Origin: Planctomycetia bacterium
Lineage (GTDB): Bacteria > Planctomycetota > Planctomycetia > Pirellulales > PALSA-1355
Assembly: GCA_016200205.1 (NCBI GenBank)
Contig: JACQFF010000088.1
Location: 1-61,360, forward strand
Direction: 5' to 3'
DNA length: 61,360 nt
The position numbers and the translations under genes are program-made. Numbering within the stretch: position 1 is the stretch's first letter; each line of letters starts with the position of its first letter. Shown here piece after piece: positions 38,718-47,906 of the stretch. The notes below the pieces were generated by a model. That model saw only the letters and a program-made list of their open reading frames with translations, was not told the origin of the DNA and made no database searches.

Positions 38718-40543
38718 CTGCCATCTTGGGCATATCGGCGTTCTATCACGATTCGGCCGCCGCGCTGGTCGTGGATGGCCGGATCGTCGCGGCCGCCCAG
38801 GAGGAGCGCTTTACGCGCGTCAAGCACGACGCAGGATTTCCCAAGCACGCGATCGACTATTGCCTGGCCGCCGCGGGCCTCTCGCCGGATCAACTCGACT
38901 ATGTCGGTTTTTACGACAAGCCGCTCTTGAAATTCGAGCGGTTGCTGGAAACATACCTGGCCTGTGCGCCCCGCGGCTTCCGCTCGTTCTTGCAGGCGAT
39001 GCCCCCTTGGCTGCGGCAAAAGCTCTATTTGCCGCGAGAACTCAGCCGGGGGCTGGACCACCAATACACGAAGCGCTACGTCTTCACCGAACATCACGAA
39101 GCGCACGCGGCCAGCGCTTTTTTCCCATCGCCGTTCGCGGAGGCCGCCATTCTGACCATCGACGGCGTCGGCGAATGGGCCACCACCAGCTTCGGGTACG
39201 GACGGGGCAACCGCATCACGCTGACGCGAGAACTGCGATTTCCGCATTCGCTGGGCTTGCTCTATTCGGCATTCACTTATTTCTGCGGCTTTCGCGTGAA
39301 TTCAGGCGAATACAAACTAATGGGCTTGGCACCCTACGGCGAACCGAAATACGTCGCGTTGATTCTCGACAAGCTGATCGATTTGAAGGCCGACGGTTCG
39401 TTTCGGATGGACATGCGGTACTTCAACTACTGCCAGGGCCTGACGATGACTTCGCGCCGCTTCGATCGGCTGTTTGGCGGGCCGCCACGACGGCCCGAGT
39501 CGCCACTAAGCGAGCGCGAAATGGATCTCGCGGCTTCGATCCAGCAAGTGACCGAAGAAATCATGCTCCGCTCGGCCCGCCACGTTCATGCCCAGACGGG
39601 GATGAAAAACCTCTGCCTGGCGGGCGGCGTGGCGCTCAATTGCGTGGGCAATGGGCGGATTTTGCGAGAGGGTCCGTTTGAGCAAATCTGGATCCAGCCC
39701 GCCGCCGGCGATGCCGGCGGGGCCTTGGGCGTAGCCCTGTTTGTTTGGCACCAACTGCTCGACCAGCCGCGCACGCCCCAGCCGCGCGATAGCCAACAAG
39801 GCTCGCTGTTGGGCCCGGCGTTCAGCGATGAGACGATCGCGTCATTCTTGAACTCTGCCGGCGCGGAATATCGGCGCTGTGATTCGGATGCCGAACTTTG
39901 CGAGTGCGTGGCCGACCTGCTGGCTTCGGAAAAAGTCGTGGGCTGGTTTCAAGGTCGGATGGAATTTGGACCGCGAGCGCTCGGCGCGCGGAGCATTCTG
40001 GGCGACGCCCGCAGCACCGCCATGCAATCGGTCATGAACTTGAAGATCAAGTTCCGCGAGTCGTTCCGGCCGTTTGCTCCTTCGGTCTTGGAAGAGCATG
40101 TGGGCGAGTATTTCGACATGCCCTCAGGCCAGGAAAGCCCCTACATGCTGCTCGTCGCGCCGGTGCGGCAAGCGCAGCGCACCATTGTCAATGGCCAGGT
40201 CGAGTTGCGGGGCTTGGAGAAACTCAAGACCTGCCGTTCGACGATACCGGCCGTGACGCACGTTGATTATTCGGTTCGAGTGCAGAGCGTCGACGCCGCT
40301 CGGCACGGGCGGTATCGCCAATTGCTTGAGCGGTTTTACGCCAAGACCGGTTGCCCGGTGATCATCAACACCAGCTTTAACGTGCGCGGGGAGCCGATCG
40401 TGTGCACGCCCGAGGAGGCGTATCGCTGCTTCATGGCGACGCATATCGATGCGCTGGTGCTGGAGCGATTCGTGGTGGTAAAACAGCGCTGCGACGAAAA
40501 GCCGCGGAACGAAGCGTATTTGAGCCAATTCAGCCTGGATTGA
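38714..40543 (+). CDS. Carbamoyltransferase, copy 2 (SxtI-like)
   Basis: ILGISAFYHDSAA, QEERFTR, HHEAHA, DGVGE, FPHSLG, GEYKLMG, EFGPRALG, RESFRPFAP, NTSFN; AGGAGG RBS. Confidence 0.93.
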   Translation: MTAILGISAFYHDSAAALVVDGRIVAAAQEERFTRVKHDAGFPKHAIDYCLAAAGLSPDQLDYVGFYDKPLLKFERLLETYLACAPRGFRSFLQAMPPWLRQKLYLPRELSRGLDHQYTKRYVFTEHHEAHAASAFFPSPFAEAAILTIDGVGEWATTSFGYGRGNRITLTRELRFPHSLGLLYSAFTYFCGFRVNSGEYKLMGLAPYGEPKYVALILDKLIDLKADGSFRMDMRYFNYCQGLTMTSRRFDRLFGGPPRRPESPLSEREMDLAASIQQVTEEIMLRSARHVHAQTGMKNLCLAGGVALNCVGNGRILREGPFEQIWIQPAAGDAGGALGVALFVWHQLLDQPRTPQPRDSQQGSLLGPAFSDETIASFLNSAGAEYRRCDSDAELCECVADLLASEKVVGWFQGRMEFGPRALGARSILGDARSTAMQSVMNLKIKFRESFRPFAPSVLEEHVGEYFDMPSGQESPYMLLVAPVRQAQRTIVNGQVELRGLEKLKTCRSTIPAVTHVDYSVRVQSVDAARHGRYRQLLERFYAKTGCPVIINTSFNVRGEPIVCTPEEAYRCFMATHIDALVLERFVVVKQRCDEKPRNEAYLSQFSLD

Positions 40544-40546
40544 TCG

Positions 40547-40966
40547 ATGGCCCTGATTGAAATCAATCGCGACCCGACGACCCGAGAGATTCGGAAATTT
40601 GCCGTGCTATGGCTGCCGGCATTCTGTCTTTTGATCGGGGCGTGGTTCGGCTATCGACTGGCGGCATGGCCGACGGCAGTTGGGCTGGTTGGCTGCGGCG
40701 TGATGAGCGTCGTGGTTGGGATTTTGCGGCCGCGGTGGATGCGGATCGTGTTTATCGCTTGGATGTGGGCTGCGTTTCCTATCGGCTGGACGGTTTCGCA
40801 CTTGCTGATGGGTTCGATTTTCTATTTGGTGATTACGCCGATTGGAATGATCATGCGTTTGACAGGGCGCGATCCGCTGTCGCGCAAATTCGACCGGAGC
40901 GTCGAAACGTATTGGGTGCCGCGGCCCGAAGAAGTCGAGCCGTCACGGTACTTTCGTCAGTTTTAG
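40547..40966 (+). CDS. SxtJ-family membrane protein
   Basis: IRKFA...TM-TM...PIGW...FYLVITPIG...GRDPL...YW...RQF pattern; directly after carbamoyltransferase. Confidence 0.82.
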   Translation: MALIEINRDPTTREIRKFAVLWLPAFCLLIGAWFGYRLAAWPTAVGLVGCGVMSVVVGILRPRWMRIVFIAWMWAAFPIGWTVSHLLMGSIFYLVITPIGMIMRLTGRDPLSRKFDRSVETYWVPRPEEVEPSRYFRQF

Positions 40967-41044
40967 AGGCTCTAGAAGAAGCGCCGGGGGCTGCCTTCTG
41001 CTCCGAGGCGGTTTTGTTGGAGTTCCGTAGCATGGAGACGCGAG

Positions 41045-41257
41045 ATGACCGATCTTGAGGACCATCGCCCAGGGCCCGAGCGCTTTGCCGAAGAAGCCGG
41101 CCGGCGGCGGCAGGGAGCCTTCGGCGAGCTCGTGCAGTTCTTGCGTCACAATAAGAAGTGGTGGCTCACACCGATCGTGATCATGCTCCTGTTGGTTGGC
41201 GTGCTCGTGATTTTAGGCGGCACGGCGGCGGCACCGTTTATTTACACGTTATTTTGA
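41045..41257 (+). CDS. DUF5989/SxtK-family small membrane protein
   Basis: FLRHNKKWWLTPI, one TM helix, C-terminal APFIYTLF; GGAG RBS. Confidence 0.85.
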   Translation: MTDLEDHRPGPERFAEEAGRRRQGAFGELVQFLRHNKKWWLTPIVIMLLLVGVLVILGGTAAAPFIYTLF

Positions 41258-41268
41258 CAGGTGTGCGT

Positions 41269-41940
41269 TTGGCAGATTCCGGACCGTCGACCAATCCCGC
41301 ACAAGCCTCGCCCGCGGTCGGGGCTCCGCGGGGGCGTCCGGTGCAGGCCGCTTTGAAGCGTGCGTTTGATTTGCTTCTCGCGGGCTTGGGGCTGTTGGTG
41401 ATCAGCCCATTGCTGCTCGCGGCGGCGATTGCCATCAAGCTGGATTCGGCGGGGCCGGTTTTTTTCATGCAGCAACGGGTCGGCCGCAACTTCAAACCAT
41501 TTTGGATTTATAAGTTCCGCACCATGGTCGTCGACGCCGAAGAGCGGGGCGGCCAGCTCACGACCCCGGCCGATCCACGGATCACGCGGGTCGGCCGCTG
41601 GCTGCGGAAAACCAAAATCGACGAGTTGCCGCAGTTGATCAATGTGCTGTTGGGCGACATGAGCCTGGTAGGACCTCGGCCCGAAGTGTCGCGGTACGTG
41701 GAAATGTACCGCGACGATTATTCCGTTGTGCTCTCGGTCCGCCCGGGGCTGACCGATCCGGCCTCGGTCAAATATCGCGACGAAGCCAACATTCTGGCGG
41801 CAAGTTCCGATCCGGAACAGGAATACATTCGCCGCATTTTGCCCGACAAGATCGCGCTGGCTCGAGAATATGTTGCTCGGGCCACATTCTCGAGCGATCT
41901 GCTCGTCCTCGTTCGCACACTGCTGCGAATTGTGCGCTAA
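41269..41940 (+). CDS. Initiating phosphoglycosyl (bacterial sugar) transferase
   Basis: KRAFD, KFRTM, DPRITRVG, KIDELPQL, GDMSLVGPRP, RPGLT; start uncertain. Confidence 0.92.
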   Translation: MADSGPSTNPAQASPAVGAPRGRPVQAALKRAFDLLLAGLGLLVISPLLLAAAIAIKLDSAGPVFFMQQRVGRNFKPFWIYKFRTMVVDAEERGGQLTTPADPRITRVGRWLRKTKIDELPQLINVLLGDMSLVGPRPEVSRYVEMYRDDYSVVLSVRPGLTDPASVKYRDEANILAASSDPEQEYIRRILPDKIALAREYVARATFSSDLLVLVRTLLRIVR

Positions 41941-42112
41941 GCGTGCGAGGTCATGTTTTGGGCCCGTGGCGAGCATCTCCCCGTCGGGGCCGGGGCCAAG
42001 CGTGTGCCTGGCCGCCTCCTGGCGTCGGTTCCCGGACATGGGCGCTCAAGCGGGGAACTTGCGCCTGGAGGCGGCTCGGATGCGATACATCGATTGGGCC
42101 CGGACTGGCTCA

Positions 42113-42298
42113 TCAATTGGGACTAATGACCGTCGGTTCCGAAATGTCGTTCGGCTCGAGCTCATCGCGCAAAACGAGCACGTGGGGCGGCGCTTCGATG
42201 CCCAGCCGCACCTTGTCTCCCGCGACGCGCACCACAGTCACGATGATCGAATCCCCGAGCCTAATGCGTTCTCTTTCCCGCCGGGACAAAACGAGCAT
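42113..42298 (-). CDS. csrA: Carbon storage regulator CsrA
   Basis: MLVLSRR...I...VRLGIEAP...VLRDEL; AGGAGG RBS. Confidence 0.9.
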   Translation of the reverse strand: MLVLSRRERERIRLGDSIIVTVVRVAGDKVRLGIEAPPHVLVLRDELEPNDISEPTVISPN

Positions 42299-42342
42299 GA
42301 TCGAACCTCCTTGTTTTGATCGATGTATTTATTAGTGTAGTT

Positions 42343-42371
42343 ATGTATACTAATTCGTTCGCCGCTGTCAA
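42343..42371 (-). promoter_or_regulatory. Candidate sigma70 promoter for csrA
   Basis: Minus strand TTGACA-N16-TATACA in an AT-rich patch about 45 nt upstream of the ATG. Confidence 0.4.
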
Positions 42372-42420
42372 GCGAGGTTCTGCAGGGGAACGTCGCCTGA
42401 TGCGCGTCTGCCCAATGTTT

Positions 42421-42717
42421 TCAGGCGGCCACCAAATCCAATCGAGGGGCTTCGACAAGTTGGATTTTGTGGAACCGCTCGCCTGTCGCACCGTAAAACA
42501 AAACCGTGTTCCGCTGAGTTTCCCAAATGGCGGAGAATTTCACGGCCCGGGGTCCATGAAGGCAAAAGTAAATCCCGCATGGCCGGTCCGCGCGAATCAG
42601 GATGCGTTCGGTTAGAGGAAAGGCGCCGACTTCAAGTTGATTGTGCTGGCATAAGATGTTGTTGATGTAGTCTCGTAGTTCGTGCAATGTTTGAATCACC
42701 GGGGAGCTGGTGAACAT
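42421..42717 (-). CDS. Conserved planctomycete hypothetical protein
   Basis: 98-aa ORF with AGGAG RBS; PCGIYFCLHGPR...AIWE...LFY...GERF pattern recalled from planctomycete proteins. Confidence 0.7.
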   Translation of the reverse strand: MFTSSPVIQTLHELRDYINNILCQHNQLEVGAFPLTERILIRADRPCGIYFCLHGPRAVKFSAIWETQRNTVLFYGATGERFHKIQLVEAPRLDLVAA

Positions 42718-42997
42718 GGGCTGCGAGTTCTCCTGTCGATCGCACGTGGAGATGGATAATCTGTATACCCAAGTGCGGGATAGATAATTTGGGTTGTGTT
42801 CCAACACAAATGCTATCGGCCGAACAGCCAGACGCACTTGCAGTAAGAAGGGCAATTTTTAGGAAACAGTTAGTTTGCCAAGAAAAAGAAACTTGGCTAA
42901 AGATTTCCTACAGAAGCCCCCCGGCGGCGTTTGCAGAGCGTCCCGGTGCGCAGCGGCCAGAACCGCCTACGGCTTAGCGACTTCCGATTCGAATACC

Positions 42998-43927
42998 CTA
43001 TTTTGAAAACTCTGCAAAAGCGTCTGCGATGCGGCCGGCCTTTTCGTCGCCCTTGTGCAGCAGCACGCGATAGCGAAACTTCAGTGTTTCGCCTGCCGGC
43101 AATGTGTATTCGCCTTTCATGGTCCCGGTAAAGTCGTGCAATCCGAATGGGTTGGCGGCAAACAGCCCATAGCCGCGCACGTGCCAGTAGGTCGGAAAGC
43201 GGAAACTCGAGGGGTGGTTCAGAATGGCGATGCCCACGGTCTCGCCCTCGACGGGGCCGTGGTAATCGACCCACGCAGCCGGTTTGCCCCAGGCGGCGCC
43301 GTCGGTCTGGCCATCGCTATTGATGATCTTCCCGCCTTGCTGCGAGTCGACGCGCAGCGTCGAGGCCACGCGCATTCCGAACGAACCTTCTTTCGTGTCG
43401 CCAAACGTCACTGGACCGCCAGTGGCTTTGATGGCGATTTCGAAATCGATCCAGCGGCGATCCGCGTCAGCGCCAAAGGTCAGCGTGCGCTCGTCCTGGC
43501 ATTGCAGCTTGCTGCCGTCGGGGCTGAGCCAATCGTTGTGGGTGACGATCACGGCCTGCGGTCCACCGGCGACTTTGCCGAACTCGCGATGCTCGATTCG
43601 CCCTTTGCCTTCGGACCAGAAATCGATGCCGTTGACGCTGCCATGGGTGAACCAAAGCGAGCGCTGATGGATATGGTCGCGATCTTTTTCGCTCGCGACA
43701 CCATCTTCCATTGGCCAGTTGCGCGTGACTCGCTTGCCGGTAGGGCCAAAGATGGGCCACAGAATCGGCTTGCTGCCGGATTTGATCAAATACTCGGTAA
43801 ACGGCTGGCCATCGACTTTGACGGTCACGCCGCGTGGCGTCTGTTCGACACTCACGTCAGCGGCGGCCTTGTGTAATGATCCCAACATGCTCGCCAACGC
43901 GGTCAATAGGGCGCAAAATCGAATCAT
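42998..43927 (-). CDS. Secreted DUF6807/PmoA-like family protein
   Basis: Signal peptide; KPILWP, DHIHQRSLWF, FGDTKEG, WVDY, WHVRGYGLFAANPF. Confidence 0.8.
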   Translation of the reverse strand: MIRFCALLTALASMLGSLHKAAADVSVEQTPRGVTVKVDGQPFTEYLIKSGSKPILWPIFGPTGKRVTRNWPMEDGVASEKDRDHIHQRSLWFTHGSVNGIDFWSEGKGRIEHREFGKVAGGPQAVIVTHNDWLSPDGSKLQCQDERTLTFGADADRRWIDFEIAIKATGGPVTFGDTKEGSFGMRVASTLRVDSQQGGKIINSDGQTDGAAWGKPAAWVDYHGPVEGETVGIAILNHPSSFRFPTYWHVRGYGLFAANPFGLHDFTGTMKGEYTLPAGETLKFRYRVLLHKGDEKAGRIADAFAEFSK

Positions 43928-44066
43928 GGTGACATTCTCCGGGTTTTGGGGACGCCACCAATGGTAACCGCTTGACGTGCCGCTGGCCACCGGATGAAGT
44001 GAGCGTGCGGGCATTTTTTGAAGCCGCATTGCCGGCCAGAGTGCGGAAAGCCGCCGCTTGCGGCTT

Positions 44067-44189
44067 GGACGTTGTTTCAAATCCCTCTCCCACCGGGAGA
44101 GGGCAAGGTGAGGGTCTTTGTCGTCTCCGGATTCGCCCTCACCCCAGCCCTCTCCCAAAAGGAGAGGGAGATGTTTTGAAACAGCCTCT
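44067..44189. mobile_element. MITE/REP-like element, copy 1
   Basis: Ends GTTGTTTCAAA / TTTTGAAACAGCCTC; internal CCCTCTCCC-N-GGGAGAGGG hairpins; similar to reverse complement of 56603-56725. Confidence 0.75.
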
Positions 44190-44196
44190 CGGCCTT

Positions 44197-45123
44197 CTAT
44201 CGCTTGCTGCCGGTGGTGGGCTGAAACTCGGCGAACGTGACCGATTTGAAGGTCGCGAGTTGGTTGGCCGTGTCGGCGATTTTTTCCTCGTCTCGCTTCA
44301 ACAGCCGCCAGGAAACGTGATGTTCGCTACGGACGGCAACCATACGGCCCAGTTTGCTCGGGGCGGAAATCGTCAGTTGGACTTCGGTCGGAACCAGGCC
44401 CCGGCTGGCCAATTCCTCGTTGACCACCAGCCGGGCAAACGGCGGAGTCGATTCCGGATTGGACATCGCATTGAAGCGGGCATACCAGTCCGAAAACTCG
44501 CGATATTGCTGGGCCGCCTCGGGTGTGTTGGCCGGCTCGGTCTGGAGCCGGTAATTGATGAACTGGCTGGAGAGCGTCAATTCGCCCCCCGCGGAAAAAT
44601 CGGTTTCGAATTCAGGGTCGGCGGCAAATTTCAAAAACGCGTTGGAGCTTTTCCCGGCCAGGGCCTGGCATTGCCGCGCGAACACCAGCACGTCTTCGCT
44701 CCTGATTTCCGTCTTCAGTTTGCGCGAGGGATCAAGCAGGATAAATCGGCCATGTTGTTTGTCGAACACGGCGACTTGCTCGGGGTTGGGGGGGCTGGAA
44801 AGGTAATCGTAGACGTAGCCCGCCTTGAACAGCGTGGTCGTTTGGCTGACCGAGCTCTTGTCCTTGCCGACGAAAACTTTGGTTTCAATGCGAAAATCGT
44901 CGGCCAGACTCAACGAATGCATCAAGCTGATCGCCAATACGAACGTCAGCAACACATGGCTAAGTAGCAACGGGGAACGGGTTATGCGGTCGTCCAGGGT
45001 GCCCGCGCGAGGAGCCCAAACGTGAAAACCGTCGGGGACTGTCCCGATTTTGCGAAGTCTTCGCAGCAAAATGGGACTGTCCCCTTCTCCGCCACGGTTT
45101 TCGGAGAGGTTCTTAGATCGCAT
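44197..45123 (-). CDS. Hypothetical secreted protein
   Basis: ATG 45123 preceded by GAGGTG RBS; hydrophobic signal region ending SLA-DDF; repeat in frame near the N-terminus; alternative TTG start 44970. Confidence 0.65.
   Translation of the reverse strand: MRSKNLSENRGGEGDSPILLRRLRKIGTVPDGFHVWAPRAGTLDDRITRSPLLLSHVLLTFVLAISLMHSLSLADDFRIETKVFVGKDKSSVSQTTTLFKAGYVYDYLSSPPNPEQVAVFDKQHGRFILLDPSRKLKTEIRSEDVLVFARQCQALAGKSSNAFLKFAADPEFETDFSAGGELTLSSQFINYRLQTEPANTPEAAQQYREFSDWYARFNAMSNPESTPPFARLVVNEELASRGLVPTEVQLTISAPSKLGRMVAVRSEHHVSWRLLKRDEEKIADTANQLATFKSVTFAEFQPTTGSKR
45008..45116. repeat. GGGACTGTCCC-type palindromic repeat element
   Basis: GGGACTGTCCCGATTTT...AAAATGGGACTGTCCCC flanked by inverted GAAAACCGT/ACGGTTTTC. 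Confidence 0.75.
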
Positions 45124-45466
45124 GGCAAACACCTCGCGGCGGGGAGCGGCTGGGGGAGGATTGGGCGAGGCGAGAGACTACCGCAAAACGCGTGGCCGTG
45201 TAAAGGCGAGAATGCCCGAACGGGAAGTGGAAAAACACGCGGTCAAAACGGCGTCGCACCGTTGGCGCTTACAGGGCGATTCCCTCGGCGCCCGCAGTGC
45301 CGGACCGCAAAATGGCAACGATTGTCCAACCCGTTACAATCGGAACATGATTTCGGGAGCGGGGGATGCAAACCTGGCGACCGCGCGTTATGGTTGATAG
45401 TTCACAACACGTCGCATGCTTTGGACTTGCTGCGACGAGAGAGAGCACTTGAGGACTTCGGACTCT

Positions 45467-46786
45467 ATGGCGATAGCACTTGAACAGGCGATTCGAGACA
45501 AGACGGCCGTGGTGGGGGTCGTGGGTTTGGGATACGTCGGACTGCCGCTAGTTCGGGCTTTCATGGCCGCGAGCTTTCGCACGATGGGTTTTGACGTCGA
45601 TCACACCAAGGTCGAAAGGCTACTGGCCGGCAAAAGCTACATCGGGCATATTCCTTCAGAGTGGATCAGCGGCTGCATTCAAAGCAAGAAATTCACTCCC
45701 ACGTCGGACATGAAGCGGCTGGCCGAAGCCGATGCCCTGCTGATCTGCGTGCCGACCCCCCTGAGCGAAAGCCGCGATCCCGACTTGGCCTATGTCGAAG
45801 CCACCGCCCGCCAAATCGCGGCGGTGTTGCGGCCCGGCCAATTGGTGGTGCTGGAAAGCACGACGTATCCGGGCACGACCCGCGACGTCGTGCTGCCGAT
45901 TCTTGCTGCGCGCGGGCTCCGCTTGGGCAGCGAATTCTTCCTAGCATATAGCCCCGAGCGGGAAGATCCGGGCAATCCGAACTTCTCGGCCAGCGGCATT
46001 CCCAAAGTCGTCGGCGGCGCCGACCCAACCAGCGCGCGATTGGCCGAAGCTCTTTATTCCAAGGCCGTGGTGAACATCGTGCCGGTTTCGAGCTGCGAGG
46101 TGGCCGAGGCTTGCAAGATTCTGGAAAACACGTATCGCTCGGTCAATATCGCGATGGTCAACGAGCTGAAGATGCTGTTCGACAGCATTGGTATCGACGT
46201 TTGGGAGGTGATCGACGCGGCCAAAACCAAGCCCTTCGGATTCCAGGCGTTTTATCCCGGGCCCGGTTTGGGCGGGCACTGCATTCCCATCGATCCGTTC
46301 TACCTGAGCTGGGTCGCACGCAAGCACGGCATGCCGACGCGGTTCATCGAGTTGGCCGGCGAAATTAACGCCAGCATGCCCAAGTACGTCGTGCACCGCG
46401 TGATGGAATCGCTCAACGATGCCGGCAAGCCGATCAAGGGGAGCAGGATCTGCATTCTCGGCGTGGCGTACAAAAAAGACGTCGACGATCCGCGCGAGAG
46501 CCCATCGTTCGAGTTGATGGACCTGTTGCGCGAAGGGCACGCCATGCTCAGCTACAACGATCCGCACGTCCCGCTGCTGCCGAAAATTCGCCACCACGAC
46601 GTGCCCGAAATGCGCAGCACGCCTTTGGATGAAAAGTTCCTGGCCAGCCAGGATTGCGTGCTGATCGCCACCGATCACTCGGCCTACGACTACGATTTTA
46701 TCGTGCGGCATTCGAAACTAGTGGTCGACACGCGCAACGCGACCAGGAACGTGCGCGAGGGTCGCGCGAAAATCCGCAAAGCGTGA
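45467..46786 (+). CDS. Nucleotide-sugar dehydrogenase (UDP-GlcNAc 6-dehydrogenase, WbpA/WecC family)
   Basis: GLGYVGLP, CVPTP, ESTTYPG, SPER, KILEN, GGHCIP, AYKKDVDD. Confidence 0.92.
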   Translation: MAIALEQAIRDKTAVVGVVGLGYVGLPLVRAFMAASFRTMGFDVDHTKVERLLAGKSYIGHIPSEWISGCIQSKKFTPTSDMKRLAEADALLICVPTPLSESRDPDLAYVEATARQIAAVLRPGQLVVLESTTYPGTTRDVVLPILAARGLRLGSEFFLAYSPEREDPGNPNFSASGIPKVVGGADPTSARLAEALYSKAVVNIVPVSSCEVAEACKILENTYRSVNIAMVNELKMLFDSIGIDVWEVIDAAKTKPFGFQAFYPGPGLGGHCIPIDPFYLSWVARKHGMPTRFIELAGEINASMPKYVVHRVMESLNDAGKPIKGSRICILGVAYKKDVDDPRESPSFELMDLLREGHAMLSYNDPHVPLLPKIRHHDVPEMRSTPLDEKFLASQDCVLIATDHSAYDYDFIVRHSKLVVDTRNATRNVREGRAKIRKA

Positions 46787-46846
46787 ATTCGCGGCACCTG
46801 GGATCGCGGAAGTCGACCAGAACGCACGACATTTGAAGAACCCTTT

Positions 46847-47821
46847 ATGGCAGCGAACAAACGGGTATTAGTGACCGGAGGAGCCGGCTTTCTGGGCTCG
46901 CATTTGTGCGAGCGGCTGGTCGATGAAGGACACGACGTCATTTGCCTGGACAATTTCTTTACCAGCCAGAAGGCGAACGTCGCGCATCTGCTCGAGCGCC
47001 GGAATTTCGAATTGATTCGCCACGACATCACGCAGCCGATCTGGCTGGAAGTCGACGAAATCTACAATCTGGCTTGCCCCGCGTCGCCGGGCCACTATCA
47101 ATTCAATCCGATCAAGACCACCAAGACTTCCGTGTTAGGCGCGATCCACGTGCTGGGAATGGCGCATCGCTGCAAAGCCAAAGTGCTGCAGGCCTCGACC
47201 AGCGAAGTCTACGGCGATCCCGAGGTGCATCCGCAACCCGAATCCTACCGCGGCGCCGTGAACCCCATCGGCCGGCGGGCTTGCTATGACGAAGGCAAAC
47301 GGATCGCCGAAACGCTGTTCATGGACTACCATCGTATGAACCGCGTCAACGTGCGGATCGTGCGCATCTTCAATACCTATGGCGAGCGGATGAATCCCTA
47401 CGATGGACGCGTGGTTTCCAATTTCATTCGCCAGGCTCTGGCCGGCGAAGAAATTACCATCTTTGGCCAGGGCGAACAGACCCGCTCGTTCTGCTATCGC
47501 GATGATTTGGTCGAGGGCATGATTCGCATGATGAATGGGCCCGATGATTTCATTGGCCCGGTGAATCTCGGCAACGCCAGCGAGTTCACGATTCGCGAGC
47601 TTGCCAGGATAGTGATCGAGATGACCGGTTCGAAATCAAAGCTGGTTCATCTGCCGCTGCCGGCCGACGATCCGACCAAACGCCGACCTGACATCACGCT
47701 GGCCAAAAAAAATTTGAACTGGGAGCCGAAGGTGCCCTTGCGCGAAGGCCTGGCCCGGACGATCGCCTGGTTTCGCTCGATCGACCTGGCCGATTACCGC
47801 CCGCCGACGCCGAACTTCTGA
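46847..47821 (+). CDS. uxs: UDP-glucuronate decarboxylase (UDP-xylose synthase)
   Basis: [50 protein letters not shown]. Confidence 0.92.
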   Translation: MAANKRVLVTGGAGFLGSHLCERLVDEGHDVICLDNFFTSQKANVAHLLERRNFELIRHDITQPIWLEVDEIYNLACPASPGHYQFNPIKTTKTSVLGAIHVLGMAHRCKAKVLQASTSEVYGDPEVHPQPESYRGAVNPIGRRACYDEGKRIAETLFMDYHRMNRVNVRIVRIFNTYGERMNPYDGRVVSNFIRQALAGEEITIFGQGEQTRSFCYRDDLVEGMIRMMNGPDDFIGPVNLGNASEFTIRELARIVIEMTGSKSKLVHLPLPADDPTKRRPDITLAKKNLNWEPKVPLREGLARTIAWFRSIDLADYRPPTPNF

Positions 47822-47835
47822 TTTCGCGCCGCGCC

Positions 47836-47867
47836 GCCGCCAGCGGCCGTTTATGGCCGCTGGCGGC
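47836..47867. terminator. Hairpin between convergent genes (terminator or REP-like)
   Basis: GCCGCCAGCGGCC-gtttat-GGCCGCTGGCGGC perfect 13-bp stem; no long U tract. Confidence 0.5.
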
Positions 47868-47906
47868 TTAGCCTGGCGCCGGCCGATAAGTTTTGTCCGG
47901 CCGTTG

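Noticed and set aside
38714-41257. Saxitoxin gene cluster (sxtI/J/K-like genes)
   Set aside because: No sxtA, sxtG or other core toxin genes; the context is glycan synthesis
42998-43927. Methane monooxygenase (PmoA family name)
   Set aside because: Soluble secreted protein with no pmoB/pmoC; the family label does not imply methane oxidation
43928-44158. N-terminal extension of ORF 42998-44158
   Set aside because: It starts inside the MITE; the signal peptide begins at ATG 43927
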